A stretch of DNA of 64,000 bases from an uncultured Acidobacteriota bacterium (GCA_963713825.1 CAVQNG010000034.1:91933-155932); one strand, 5' to 3'. Shown: positions 33,445 to 44,729, counted from the stretch's first letter. A program made the numbers and translations. The notes: generated by a model not told the origin, from the sequence alone.

Positions 33445-34292
33445 CCACTGAGTGGCGTATCGAGCAACCGAACCACACCAGCAACAAAGCTGTGCTCAAA
33501 GGCGGCGTTCTAGCAGGTATCGCTGTGATGGCTTTGATGCTGTCTTTGTCGGTTTGTGCCGAGGAGAAGTCAGCGGCTCCGAGTGAAGTACTCCGTCTAG
33601 GAGTGCAGGTTCGTGAGGTTCGGCCCCACGATTCCGGAGCGTTCACCCAGGGCTTGCTGTGGAGCGAGGGGAAGCTCTATGAGAGCACGGGCGAGTACGG
33701 AGAATCCTCTCTCCGGCGAGTCGATCCGGTTTCAGGCGCAGTGGAGAAGCAGGTCTCCCTGCCGGCTGACCTGTTCGGGGAAGGCTTGGCCCTGGTCGAT
33801 AACAGATTGATCCAGCTCACCTGGCAGCGTGGGCTTGCCCTGGTGTACGACCTGGAAACGTTCGAGGTGATCGATCGCTACTCCTATGAGGGAGAGGGTT
33901 GGGGCCTGTGCGACGACGGCTACCGGCTGTTCATGAGCGATGGCACCGCAACGCTGTCTCTGCGAGACCGTGATTCCTTCGAGGAAATGGATCGACTGCA
34001 GGTCACGCTCGAAGGACGGGCGCTGGGCGCTCTGAACGAACTGGAGTGTGCCGAAGGTTGGGTCTATGCGAACGTCTATCAGACCGATGCGATCGTCCGC
34101 ATCGATCCGCAGACGGGTGAGGTCGGAGCGGTCATCAACGCCGCAGGCCTGCTGAGTCCAGAGGAACAGGCGGCAGCCGAGGTGCTCAACGGCATCGCCT
34201 ACCGCAGTGACACGAGTTCCTTCTTGTTGACGGGAAAGTACTGGCCTTCGATGTTCGAGGTCGAATTCACCCCACCGGCGTCTCGACCTTGA
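33441..34292 (+). CDS. Glutaminyl-peptide cyclotransferase (beta-propeller, plant/bacterial type)
   Basis: FTQGL, ESTG.YG, FGEG, QLTW, EGWGL, SDG, LNELE, ANVY, VLNGIA, TGKYW; N-terminal signal/TM. Confidence 0.93.
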   Translation: MTTEWRIEQPNHTSNKAVLKGGVLAGIAVMALMLSLSVCAEEKSAAPSEVLRLGVQVREVRPHDSGAFTQGLLWSEGKLYESTGEYGESSLRRVDPVSGAVEKQVSLPADLFGEGLALVDNRLIQLTWQRGLALVYDLETFEVIDRYSYEGEGWGLCDDGYRLFMSDGTATLSLRDRDSFEEMDRLQVTLEGRALGALNELECAEGWVYANVYQTDAIVRIDPQTGEVGAVINAAGLLSPEEQAAAEVLNGIAYRSDTSSFLLTGKYWPSMFEVEFTPPASRP

Positions 34293-34554
34293 GCATCCTT
34301 GCGAGGACCTGGCGCATCTTGTCGGGCAGGTCCAGATCGGGGAAGACGTCGCGCACTTCGTCACGACTGACGTAGAGCCAGATGTCATCCCATTGGGCGT
34401 AGCGCAGCATGTTCGAGATTGCCCAGAGGCGCTCTTCCTGGGTGCCCTTTTCGAGGATTCGCTTCAACTCCTGCGGACTGATACTCCGGTCCGGGAAGAA
34501 GTAGAGAGGTTGCGACTTCTCTTCGATCTGCGGTTTCTGGTCGTTGGCCGTCAT
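34267..34554 (-). CDS. Small hypothetical protein
   Basis: ATG at 34554 preceded by GGAG; MTANDQ...YFFPDR...ERLWAISNMLRYAQWDDIW. Confidence 0.7.
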   Translation of the reverse strand: MTANDQKPQIEEKSQPLYFFPDRSISPQELKRILEKGTQEERLWAISNMLRYAQWDDIWLYVSRDEVRDVFPDLDLPDKMRQVLARMLKVETPVG

Positions 34555-34605
34555 CGCTCCCCTGCAGTATAACTCGGCTGGATGGTCGATCAACCGACCG
34601 GCGAC

Positions 34606-34634
34606 TTGACGATGGGGTGTGGGTCGGCTAGATT
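34606..34634 (+). promoter_or_regulatory. Sigma70 promoter of tRNA-Gly(CCC)
   Basis: TTGACG-17 nt-TAGATT. Confidence 0.6.
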
Positions 34635-34658
34635 TTTGATCGCTTTGGGAGTTCCTGA

Positions 34659-34734
34659 GCGGGCATAACTCAGCTGGTAGAGTGCAAGCTTCCCAAGCTT
34701 GATGTCGCGGGTTCGAGTCCCGTTGCCCGCTCCA
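34659..34734 (+). tRNA. tRNA-Gly (CCC)
   Basis: Cloverleaf: GCGGGCA/TGCCCGC acceptor stem, anticodon arm CAAGC-TTCCCAA-GCTTG, GTTCGAG T-loop, encoded CCA. Confidence 0.97.
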
Positions 34735-34856
34735 TTCACAGTTTGGAGACGCAGCCTGACCTGACGCCCTTCAACTGCCTACCTGGAAGGATCACTTTCA
34801 TCCGACTTCCGATCGGCAGATCCAACAACTTCAAGTACCAGTAAAGGGGAGACCCG

Positions 34857-35398
34857 ATGGCCCTGTTCAACCGTGAAGACGAAAACCCCGATGTTCCTTC
34901 TGCGCCCAGAACGCCCAGCCCTGCCGTGACCCAGAAGGCCTCGGGCGGCGGCCGGAGCACCTATATCGGGCCAGGGGTCAAGATCAAAGGTGAGATCTCG
35001 GCGGATGCCGAAATGGTCGTGGATGGGGAGGTCCAGGGCCGTATGGAATTACAGGAGAATCTGATCATCGGGCCCAAAGGGGTCGTCAATGGCGACATCG
35101 TCGCCCGCTCGGTCCAGGTCAATGGCAAAGTGATGGGCAATGTTCGAGGTACCGACCGTTTCGAGCTGGCACAGAGCGGTCGCATCGAAGGCGACGTGGT
35201 TTCGCCGCGGGTCGTCATTGCGGAAGGAGCCTTTTTCAAGGGCAATGTGGAGATGACCTCCCAGCAGGCACCGAGCAAGCCGGCAACAGGTCCGACCCAG
35301 CCGGGCACCGCGGCGCCTCAGATGGACAAATCCAGTGAGCAGACCAAACCTTCTCCTGGTGCCTCGACCGGCACCGGGACCGTGACAGGGGGTCAAAA

Positions 35399-35402
<4 letters not shown>
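34857..35402 (+). CDS. Bactofilin (polymer-forming cytoskeletal protein)
   Basis: [13 protein letters not shown]...VDGEVQG...GRIEGDV...[13 protein letters not shown] beta-helix with disordered tails. Confidence 0.92.
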
Positions 35403-36514
<1,112 letters not shown>

Positions 36515-36521
36515 TTCGACC

Positions 36522-37556
36522 TCACCAGGCAGGGAGCTCGGGCAGCTCCCTGCCTGTCACTACCTTCCAGAGAGCTTCGAGATCATCGGGTAGCGGGGCT
36601 TCGAACCGCATGGCAGCTCCGCTCACCGGGTGGGTGAGCTGCAGGCGCCAGGCGTGGAGGGCCGGCCTCGAGAAATCCTGCAGGGGCCGTCGAATCTGCC
36701 GGTCGAGACTCTTCCAACGGGCTTCACCGTAGATCGGATCGCCGATCAGAGGATGTCCGTCGGCCTTGAGGTGGACTCTGATCTGGTGAGTCCTGCCCGT
36801 TGCCAGGTTGACGTTGAGAAGCGAGATTCCCTTTTCGAACTCGAGGAGCTCGTAGTCGGTTCTGGCCGGTCGCCCGGCGCGGCGGATGGACATCTCTTTC
36901 CTACGGTTCGGATGACGGCCGATCGGTAGCTCGATGCTCCCCGTCGGGTTCGTCGGCCGGCCGTAGACCATCGCGAGGTAGGTCTTCTGGACGCGGCGCT
37001 CGGCGAAAGCGGAAGTCAACGCCTGATAGGCCTTGTCGTTCAGGGCCACGACGAGCACGCCGGTGGTGTCCTTGTCCAGCCGGTGCACGATGCCGGGACG
37101 ACCCGTCCCGCCAACCCTGGCGGTGGCGGGATAATGCAACAAGAGGCGATGGGCCAGGGTACCCGTCGTGCGCCCGGCACCAGGGTGAACCGTCAATTCT
37201 GACGGCTTGTTCAGGACCACGAGATCGGCGTCCTCGTACAGAACTTCGAGGTCGCCGGCTTCGGGCTCCATTCCTTCGTCGAGCTGGCGGTCCAAGGGGG
37301 TGTAGTCGATCCGCTCTCCGACGCTCAGCGAGTGCGAGGCCTTGGCGGCCCCACCACCGACCTGTACGTGACCGGCACGAATCCACTGCTGGATCTGGTT
37401 TCGGGGCAGGTCCAGCCTCTTTGCCAGAAAGCGGTCCAACCTCGCCCCCGCGTCTTCGGGCGGTACGTCGATGGTCTGCTTGTCCGCCACGGTGATCAGC
37501 AGCTCCCCTGTACGAGCCTCAATTGCCGGATTGGGAGGGCACCTCGGCCGGCTCAT
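36522..37556 (-). CDS. rluD: RluA family pseudouridine synthase with S4 domain (RluD-like)
   Basis: RLDRFLA, GIVHRLDKDTTG, TGRTHQIRVH, ALHA; true start may lie a little downstream of the ORF start. Confidence 0.9.
   Translation of the reverse strand: MSRPRCPPNPAIEARTGELLITVADKQTIDVPPEDAGARLDRFLAKRLDLPRNQIQQWIRAGHVQVGGGAAKASHSLSVGERIDYTPLDRQLDEGMEPEAGDLEVLYEDADLVVLNKPSELTVHPGAGRTTGTLAHRLLLHYPATARVGGTGRPGIVHRLDKDTTGVLVVALNDKAYQALTSAFAERRVQKTYLAMVYGRPTNPTGSIELPIGRHPNRRKEMSIRRAGRPARTDYELLEFEKGISLLNVNLATGRTHQIRVHLKADGHPLIGDPIYGEARWKSLDRQIRRPLQDFSRPALHAWRLQLTHPVSGAAMRFEAPLPDDLEALWKVVTGRELPELPAW
36526..36556. terminator. 13-bp hairpin inside the rluD 3' end, just after the ald stop
   Basis: CAGGCAGGGAGCT / AGCTCCCTGCCTG. 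Confidence 0.5.
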
Positions 37557-38037
37557 TCCGACTGAAGAAAATGTCGAGCGCCATCAAGCAAATGCCGATG
37601 GTGATGGCGCTGTCCGCCACATTGAAAGTGTGCCAGTGGTAGTTGCGGAAATAGGCGTCGATGAAGTCGGTGACGGCTTTGTTGGCGATCCGGTCGATGA
37701 GGTTGCCCACGGCACCCCCCATGATCAGGGCCAGCGCCGTCAGCAGTATGCGGTCGGTTGGGGGTGTGCGCCAGAAGACGAAACCGACCAGCGTGAGTGC
37801 CGCGATGCCGAGCAGAGCGAGGATCATCCAACCCCAGCTGCTGCCGTGAGCCGCGAACATCCCGAAGGCTACCCCGGTATTCTCGACGTAGATGAAGTTG
37901 AGAAACCCTGGCACCACGACAAAGGGCCCGTGGTCGATGAGGCGGCTCTCTACGAGCCACTTGGTCCACTGATCCAGCACGACCACGGTGAGGCTCAACA
38001 GGAGGTACAGGGGCTTGTGTCCTTCGAGTCGAATCAT
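37519..38037 (-). CDS. lspA: Lipoprotein signal peptidase II
   Basis: LDQWTK, NTGVAFG, GAVGNLIDR, VTDFI, FNVADSAI. Confidence 0.96.
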   Translation of the reverse strand: MIRLEGHKPLYLLLSLTVVVLDQWTKWLVESRLIDHGPFVVVPGFLNFIYVENTGVAFGMFAAHGSSWGWMILALLGIAALTLVGFVFWRTPPTDRILLTALALIMGGAVGNLIDRIANKAVTDFIDAYFRNYHWHTFNVADSAITIGICLMALDIFFSRNEPAEVPSQSGN

Positions 38038-38426
38038 GTCGTGCTCTTCTCGGCGATGGCCACGGCGGCAGCGTAGGCGCCATCGTGGGTGATGGAAAGG
38101 TGAACCTGGGTGATGCCGAGCAGCGCTGCCCGCTTGGCTGCGGCGCCATGCAGTCTTACCCCCGGGGCTCCATGCTCTTGCTTGACCACCTCGACTTGAG
38201 AGAATCCCAGTCCGGCAGACCAGCCGGTTCCCAGAGCTTTGAGAACGGCCTCTTTCGCCGCGAAAAGACCGGCCAGGTGTTGAATGAGAGCCCGATCCCC
38301 ACGGGGTTCGACCTCCCCTGAAAGGCAGATGCGCCGCACGAACCGCTCACCGTAGAGAGCGTAAATCCTCTCCATGCGGTCGATTTCGACCATGTCCAGA
38401 CCGATTCCAGAGATTCCGTTCATCAT
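38034..38426 (-). CDS. acpS: Holo-ACP synthase
   Basis: GIGLDMVEI, FAAKEAVLKALGTG, HLSITHD. Confidence 0.95.
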   Translation of the reverse strand: MMNGISGIGLDMVEIDRMERIYALYGERFVRRICLSGEVEPRGDRALIQHLAGLFAAKEAVLKALGTGWSAGLGFSQVEVVKQEHGAPGVRLHGAAAKRAALLGITQVHLSITHDGAYAAAVAIAEKSTT

Positions 38427-38514
38427 TTCGGATCAGTTTCGAGGGGTCTCAACAAGCGGCGCCAGCCAAGCGGCTCGATTCTAACGCCACCTGAGGTGCG
38501 CGGCTTGCCGCCGT

Positions 38515-38769
38515 TCAGGACGAGGTGCGTGACCTCCGCGCCAGGGCCATCAGGTCCAGATCATGAGCCGCCCACACGAGATGCACGACACCGAAGCCGC
38601 TCAAGAGTCCGCGAACGGCCGGCATCAGCAGGATTCTCTGCAGCTCGGGGTTCGAAACATGGAGGATCAGACGCTCCCATCCTCCTCCCCATGGCAGCAA
38701 GAGCAGAATGGCCCCAGCCTCGATGCAGTAGAGGACAAATAGGATCCGACCAAGAGAATCGAGCCGCAT
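38515..38769 (-). CDS. Small hypothetical membrane protein
   Basis: Two hydrophobic segments: LFVLYCIEAGAILLLLPW and VRGLLSGFGVVHL. Confidence 0.65.
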   Translation of the reverse strand: MRLDSLGRILFVLYCIEAGAILLLLPWGGGWERLILHVSNPELQRILLMPAVRGLLSGFGVVHLVWAAHDLDLMALARRSRTSS

Positions 38770-38811
38770 GTGCGGCCCGATTCTAAACGACACGTGAGTC
38801 GAATACTCGAA

Positions 38812-41022
38812 TCAATTCGGCGGTGGGGAAGAGCTGCCACGGGATATAGCTGTGCCGCTCGACCGGTGACCGCTCGAAGAGCGTCCACCAGAGCGCGACG
38901 AGCCAACCCGTCCACCGACTGTCGACCTGGAAGTCGAGCTACCCCGCCCATAGGTACCCGATCGGGACTGATGGCTCTGTACCTGAGACCTGCCGTACCC
39001 CGGACTGCTCCCCGAACCGCCGTAGGACCGTCTCGTGGTAGAGGGTCGGGAATTGGTACTCGGAGACCGTGAACCGCCGAAGCCTGGGCTACTCCCGAAG
39101 CCACCGAAGTACCTCGTCGATGTCGGGCGCTCGGTCCAGGATCGCTGCGTCTGCGTGGAACCATAGCCCGGGCTGGAACCGAGGCCACCAGTCGAGCTTC
39201 GATAGGTCGGCCTGACTGACGTCGATGTGTCTTGGCGGCTACGGTCACGATAGGACCGAACTCCGTCCCACACTCTTCGAGAAGTGGTCGGCTGGGTCCT
39301 TGCCGCTGGGCTGGAGCTCAGGGTTCGACGATTTCTCCAATCCCCGGCAGCTGGAGTCTCCGCCGGCGAGCGTGAGCTCATGGATTGAGCGCCGGGGGTG
39401 GACGAGAGGCTCCGAGAGGGCGAGTCTGGACGAGAAGCGGACCTGGAAAGGCTGGCGGTAGCGCCAGAAGCTGAAGGGCTGCTTTGGGTCACCCGCCTGT
39501 TCTCGAAGCGAGCATTGGAGGTCAAAGGGGCGGTTCTTTGCCGCGGAGTCGATGCGCCTACAGTCGAAGCCCTCGACAGTGTCGATCCCCCGCCAATTCG
39601 TGGCCCGACAGCCTGCTCTACTCGAGACGGGAGGTTTCGACTCCGTGCCACCCATGGCGTCACATCGGGGAGGTCCGCGCCGCCGCGATTGCCACTGGCA
39701 CGCGTTCTCGAGGCTGTCAGGGCGTTCATGGCCGCCTCGGGTCGATTCCAGAGGTCGGGCGTGAGGGCTCGTGTGTCGGTGGCAATGATGCCGCGGGGGA
39801 CTTCCTGCAGGGCTCCCATATTGCTCAACTGAGCTCCCGAATGATGGTAGCTACCGTGATGCGCCACCTGGGGACCCCTGTTGTGCCCGAAATGACGGTG
39901 CTGGCAGAAGGTCCAGTTGGCCCAATGTCTGGGACTTCCTCCCGCCCAACCGAAGACTCCATGGCGGAAGCCGAAGCCCCAGGTCGGCCGATAACTCGGC
40001 CAGTAGTAGTTCGTATAGTAGGGGCGCGGTACCCAGCCGACATAGGTCGGGCCCCAGTACCAGAAGACAGATGCGGGGGAATAGACCGGGCCTGGGTACC
40101 AGACCCAACCCCAGCCCGGCGCGAGATCCCAGCCGCCATAGTGGTAGGTCACCCAACCCCAGGGCTCGGTGGAGACCCAGGTCAAGCCACTGGGAGAGTG
40201 CACCCACCAACCAGCGTGATAGGGGCGCCATCCTGCTGTCACATTGGGGCGCCACGCCGAGCGACCGCCGACGCTCACCCAGTGACCATTTCTGGCCAGC
40301 GGTGCGGAGGCGTAGGCAAGGCCAGGATCGACGTACCGTGAATCGGACGGGTTGAATTGGGCCAGGAGTTCGTCGCCCCAGCGCTCCAGCTCATCCCTTG
40401 TTCCCGCTCTCTCGACGCGAACGAGCGGAGAAGTCGCGCCCTCCACAAGCACCTGCTCCCCAGACCGCACGATCGAGGAGCCCTGCTCGGTAACAACTTC
40501 GGCGAAGCCCTCCCGAACGACGATCTCGCTCCAGTCCGATCCGTTGGTACGGATTCGGTAGGTGCCCCTGTTCTGGAGATAGACCGATGCGTTCTGTGTA
40601 TCGACGCGAAAGGCCTCCGAGCTGGCAACATCATTCGGTAACACGAGCTGGATCTCTCCCTGGAGGAGTCGCAGCACATTGAGTTGATCCTCGGAATCGG
40701 CGGAGAGAGCGAGGTGCTGAAAGGAGAGCTCACTGTCGCCGTCGAGGCGCAGGTAGGTTCCGTCTGGCAGCAGGGCCTCGACCCGACTACCGAAGGCGAC
40801 TCGGATCTCGTCAGCCACCATCAATGGATAGTTCGCAACCAGCTCGACCAGAGTGTTGGAGCTGGCTTGTTTCAGGTCCGCCCGACCCTCGATGACCCGG
40901 ACGAAGCCGTAGGATGTTTGGTCTTGCGCTGCCGATGGTGCCGGCGATGCCATCAGCGCAGCGATGATCAAGCCGAGAAGGCTCGGGAACGGAATCGGTT
41001 GGCGGCGAAGGCGTGTTTTCAT
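38812..41022 (-). CDS. Secreted FecR-domain + DUF6600-like protein with Ser/Arg/Gly-rich tail
   Basis: Signal peptide; FecR-like beta region; WRPY..GWW...WVSTEPWGWVTYHYGGW...WVWYPG; low-complexity C-terminus. Confidence 0.85.
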   Translation of the reverse strand: MKTRLRRQPIPFPSLLGLIIAALMASPAPSAAQDQTSYGFVRVIEGRADLKQASSNTLVELVANYPLMVADEIRVAFGSRVEALLPDGTYLRLDGDSELSFQHLALSADSEDQLNVLRLLQGEIQLVLPNDVASSEAFRVDTQNASVYLQNRGTYRIRTNGSDWSEIVVREGFAEVVTEQGSSIVRSGEQVLVEGATSPLVRVERAGTRDELERWGDELLAQFNPSDSRYVDPGLAYASAPLARNGHWVSVGGRSAWRPNVTAGWRPYHAGWWVHSPSGLTWVSTEPWGWVTYHYGGWDLAPGWGWVWYPGPVYSPASVFWYWGPTYVGWVPRPYYTNYYWPSYRPTWGFGFRHGVFGWAGGSPRHWANWTFCQHRHFGHNRGPQVAHHGSYHHSGAQLSNMGALQEVPRGIIATDTRALTPDLWNRPEAAMNALTASRTRASGNRGGADLPDVTPWVARSRNLPSRVEQAVGPRIGGGSTLSRASTVGASTPRQRTAPLTSNARFENRRVTQSSPSASGATASLSRSASRPDSPSRSLSSTPGAQSMSSRSPAETPAAGDWRNRRTLSSSPAARTQPTTSRRVWDGVRSYRDRSRQDTSTSVRPTYRSSTGGLGSSPGYGSTQTQRSWTERPTSTRYFGGFGSSPGFGGSRSPSTNSRPSTTRRSYGGSGSSPGYGRSQVQSHQSRSGTYGRGSSTSRSTVGGRVGSSRSGGRSSSGHRSSGTAISRGSSSPPPN

Positions 41023-41067
41023 GACGGCCCCTTTAGACTCCCAGTTTCCTCATCACAAGACAAGTAG

Positions 41068-41083
41068 AGCAAGAAATGGACCA
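41068..41083 (-). promoter_or_regulatory. Putative sigma54 -24/-12 promoter
   Basis: Minus strand TGGTCCATTTCTTGCT (GG-N10-GC), about 45 nt before the FecR/DUF6600 ATG. Confidence 0.55.
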
Positions 41084-41317
41084 ATCAGCCGGCTCAGGCG
41101 CCAGCGACTCATGGGCTGCGTCGGTTCTGCCCACGGCTGCAGGCTTCCATGAGCAGTGCAGGGCCGCTACTCCTACTGTCTGCAGAATCGATTTCGCTAT
41201 AATCAATCGTTCGATTGCCGCTGCCTGTGGTCATTTTCTCGCGGCGGTGTCATCTCGAGTGCACATGTGAAGCCGCCGGTTCCTTTCTGATATCGCTCTC
41301 CCATCAAGCCTAAAGCC

Positions 41318-42199
41318 GTGTCTCTAAAGAAGTGGTTCAGCAGCCAACCGGCCAAAAGCAGGCCGGAAGAGGCGGTCGACGTCGACGACCTGATCACCCT
41401 GCAGCGGTACGGGGAGGCCGAGGAGCAGCTGCAGAGGTTCCTCAGGAAGAGTCCCTATGACCTCCGGGCTCGGCAGAAGTTGGCTGAGCTCTACAAGAAG
41501 ACCGGACGCCTCGATGAGGCTGCCACCGAGTACATGGAGATCGCGGACAAGTATGCCAAGGAAGGCTTCCACGACAAGGCTTTGGCACTGCTGGCCCAGG
41601 TCTCGAAGCTGGCTCCCGTGGCCGACAAGGTCTGGCCGAAGATCGAACGCCTGCGCCGCGCCAAGGAGCTCGAGCAACACCGCCCCGCGATCATGGAAGC
41701 TCTGTTGGGTAGGCGCAGCGGCAGCTCCCAGAGCACAGTCGCCTCGATCAAGTTCGACCGACTCTGGTCGAGCCTGGTCCGGACCCGACTGGTGGACCGG
41801 CTTGATACAGAGCAGCTGAAACAGTTGTTCAGTGCTTTTCGGATCGAGAGTTCAGAGCCCAAGGACGAGATCGCCCGACGGGGTCAGAAGCTCGAAGCGA
41901 TGTTCTTTCTGGTGTCTGGCAAGGTGGAAGTAATGGTGACACTTCCCGGTGGCAGCTCGCCGGTTCTGCGGGTCCTGGAGGCGGGATCGTTGTTTGGCGA
42001 GCAGGCTCTCTTCGAGCACCAGCCGTGGGTCGCAACGTATCGGACAGCAGAGAAGTCGATGTTGCTGAGGTTGGATCGCCACGGTTTGGAGACCGCACTG
42101 CACGGAAACCCCGATCCTCGTGGACTGCTGGATGTCCTCCGCGAACAGAAACTGGACACCGTGGTCGCCGAGGCTGTGGGCAAGACCCTGGACGACTGA
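41318..42199 (+). CDS. TPR + cyclic-nucleotide-binding domain protein
   Basis: TPR-like helices (ARQKLAELYKKTGRLDEA); MFFLVSGKVEV...LFGEQALF...WVAT. Confidence 0.8.
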   Translation: MSLKKWFSSQPAKSRPEEAVDVDDLITLQRYGEAEEQLQRFLRKSPYDLRARQKLAELYKKTGRLDEAATEYMEIADKYAKEGFHDKALALLAQVSKLAPVADKVWPKIERLRRAKELEQHRPAIMEALLGRRSGSSQSTVASIKFDRLWSSLVRTRLVDRLDTEQLKQLFSAFRIESSEPKDEIARRGQKLEAMFFLVSGKVEVMVTLPGGSSPVLRVLEAGSLFGEQALFEHQPWVATYRTAEKSMLLRLDRHGLETALHGNPDPRGLLDVLREQKLDTVVAEAVGKTLDD

Positions 42200-42202
42200 C
42201 GC

Positions 42203-42721
42203 ATGGCCTTTCTTTCCATCAAGGTCCATCCCGACCCGGTCCTACGGGTCAAATGTGCCACCGTCGAGACGTTCGACGAGGAGTTGAAACGTTTGGCGAA
42301 AGACATGATTCAAACGATGAATGCAGCTCCCGGCGTGGGGCTGGCTGCATGTCAGGTGGGACGGGGGATCCGGATAGCAATCGTAGATCCAAGCGCCGGG
42401 GAGGATCCCAAAGCGCTGCACGTTCTGGTGAATCCGGAGGTGGTGGAGGAGCGGGGCCGGGAAGTCGATGACGAGGGTTGTCTCTCGATACCCGGCATCA
42501 CCGAGAAGGTCGCGCGCCCTGCCTACGTGAAGATCGAGGCGCAGGATCTCGAGGGTGAACCGTTCGGTTTGGAAGGTGAAGGGCTGATGGCGCGGGTCAT
42601 CTGCCACGAGGTGGATCATCTCAACGGTGTGCTGTTCATCGATCACCTCGCAGGCCTGCGCAAGCAAAGAGTCAGGCGCAAGATGAAGCGCCTGGCCCGA
42701 GGCCAGGAGGCCGTGGGATGA
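42203..42721 (+). CDS. def: Peptide deformylase
   Basis: GVGLAACQ, EGCLS, HEVDHLNG. Confidence 0.97.
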   Translation: MAFLSIKVHPDPVLRVKCATVETFDEELKRLAKDMIQTMNAAPGVGLAACQVGRGIRIAIVDPSAGEDPKALHVLVNPEVVEERGREVDDEGCLSIPGITEKVARPAYVKIEAQDLEGEPFGLEGEGLMARVICHEVDHLNGVLFIDHLAGLRKQRVRRKMKRLARGQEAVG

Positions 42722-43293
42722 AGGTCGGTTTCCGCGCTCTCTCCTGGATTGCTTTCGTGGTAGTCGCGGTCGTGTTCAGCTCGTTCGGATGTGGCGGCGG
42801 TGGAGGAGGTGGAGGGGGCCCGACAGAACCGCCACCACCTTCGTCGGGGGTGAGTTTCACACCAGCTGGATCTGCGGGCTCCAACTCGATCTACCTGGCT
42901 CAGGGAGCCAATACTTCGGCCAACCGCTTCGTCCTGGACGTCAAGGCCTCGCAGGTAGATGATCTTTATGGTGTGAGCTTCGAGCTCGAGTACCCGAACG
43001 CCCAGCTGCGTTGGATCCCAGGCGGCACGAAAGAAGGTAGCTTCCTGAGTGCGAACGGCTCGACCGACCTCATCGTCGAGGCAGATTCTCCAGGCGTGAT
43101 TCTCGTCGGGCTGAGCCTGCTTGGTGACGTTGAAGGTGCTGACGGGTCGGGAACCCTTCTCTCCCTGGAGTTCGAACCCATCAGCTCTGGCTCCGGTCCC
43201 ATGCAAATGAAGAAGCATGATGCCGTCAACTCCACAGGTGACGTCATGGGCCAGGTCCAGTGGATCGGCGGCTCGGTCAGTGTGACCGGGTAG
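42718..43293 (+). CDS. Lipoprotein with cohesin-like beta-sandwich domain
   Basis: Lipobox SFGC then a poly-Gly/Pro linker; [10 protein letters not shown]...EGSFL...[10 protein letters not shown]. Confidence 0.75.
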   Translation: MKVGFRALSWIAFVVVAVVFSSFGCGGGGGGGGGPTEPPPPSSGVSFTPAGSAGSNSIYLAQGANTSANRFVLDVKASQVDDLYGVSFELEYPNAQLRWIPGGTKEGSFLSANGSTDLIVEADSPGVILVGLSLLGDVEGADGSGTLLSLEFEPISSGSGPMQMKKHDAVNSTGDVMGQVQWIGGSVSVTG

Positions 43294-43309
43294 CCCCGCG
43301 GAGTTCTCC

Positions 43310-44729
43310 TTGCTGAATCCAGTCTTCTACAACACCTTGGGTCGTGCGATCGGTCCTTTGGAGACGACGGTTCCTGGTGAGGTCCGTATGTACACCTGTG
43401 GGCCGACCGTCTACAACACCGCCCACATCGGTAACATGCGGACGTTTCTCTTCGAAGATGTGCTGCGCCGCAGCCTCCAGTTCTTGGGTTGGCAGGTCGA
43501 GCAGGTGATGAATCTCACCGATGTCGATGACAAGACCATCGATGGCGCGGCCAGCGCCGGGGTCTCGCTGCGTGAGTTCACGCAGCCCTTCATCAATTCC
43601 TTCTTCGAGGACCTGGACCGTCTGCATATTCAACGCGCAGAGCACTATCCACGGGCCACCGAGCACATTGCCGAAATGCTGCAGCTGATCCAGGCACTGG
43701 TGGAGAAGGGCTACGCCTACGAGAGCGACGGTTCGGTCTTCTTTCGCATCGGCGAGGACGCGGACTACGGCAAGCTCTCAGGCTTCGACCTGAGCCAGGT
43801 GCGCCAGGGGGAGCGCGTTGCCAGTGACGACTACGACAAGGAAGACGTGCGGGATTTCGTCTTATGGAAGGGGGCCAAGGAGGGCGAGCCCGCCTGGGAT
43901 TCCCCCTGGGGCCCGGGACGACCGGGCTGGCACCTCGAGTGCTCGGCCATGGGTATGAAATATCTCGGCGAAACGTTCGACATCCATTGCGGTGGGGTAG
44001 ACAACATCTTCCCTCACCACGAGAACGAGATCGCCCAGAGCGAGTCGGCCACGGGCAAGCCGTTCGTCCACACCTGGATCCATGCCGAGCATCTGATCGT
44101 CGATGGCGAGAAGATGTCGAAATCGCTCGGCAACTTCTACACCCTGCAGGATCTCCTAGATCGGGGAGCCGACCTCCGGGCGCTGCGTTACCAGCTGCTG
44201 AGTGTCCACTACCGAAAAAAGCTGAACTTCACCTTCGATGGTCTCGCCGACGCGGGCGCGGCGCTCAAGCGTCTCGACGAGATGCGGTTTCGGCTGCAGC
44301 ATGCAATCGAGAGGCGAAGCGGAAGGTGATTCAGCCATCGGTTCCGCCTGCGAGCGGCTGGTTCAGGAGTTCGGAGATGCTCTGGCGAATGACCTCAACA
44401 CCTCAGAGGCCCTGGCGGTAGTGTTCGGCTTCGTCAGGGAAGTCAACCAGGCCATCGATGGAGAAAGCCTGAAGGTGGGGGACCGTCAACGTGTGCTGGA
44501 TGCACTGGCCCGCGTCGATGAGGTGCTGGGTGTTCTGGATGCCGACGAGTGGCGAGATGCCACGACTGATGGGTTGAGCGATGAAGAAATCGATCAGCTG
44601 CTGGTGGAGCGTCGAGAGGCGCGGGCGGCGCGCGACTTCGCCCGGGCTGACGAAATCCGCGACCAGCTCACGGCCCAGGGTATCGTTCTCGAAGACACAC
44701 CGACCGGCACCCGCTGGAAGCGCCAGTGA
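43310..44729 (+). CDS. cysS: Cysteine--tRNA ligase, split by one frameshift near 44312
   Basis: [25 protein letters not shown] and KMSKS in the first frame; ALANDLNT...[12 protein letters not shown]...[10 protein letters not shown] in the second frame. Confidence 0.93.

Noticed and set aside
34267-34554. Small protein as half of a toxin-antitoxin pair
   Set aside because: Only a vague resemblance and no adjacent partner gene; left as hypothetical.
42790-42845. GGC/GGA/GGT run and CCA/CCG run as a DNA repeat or contingency locus
   Set aside because: Mixed codons encoding the Gly/Pro linker after a lipobox; not a pure microsatellite.
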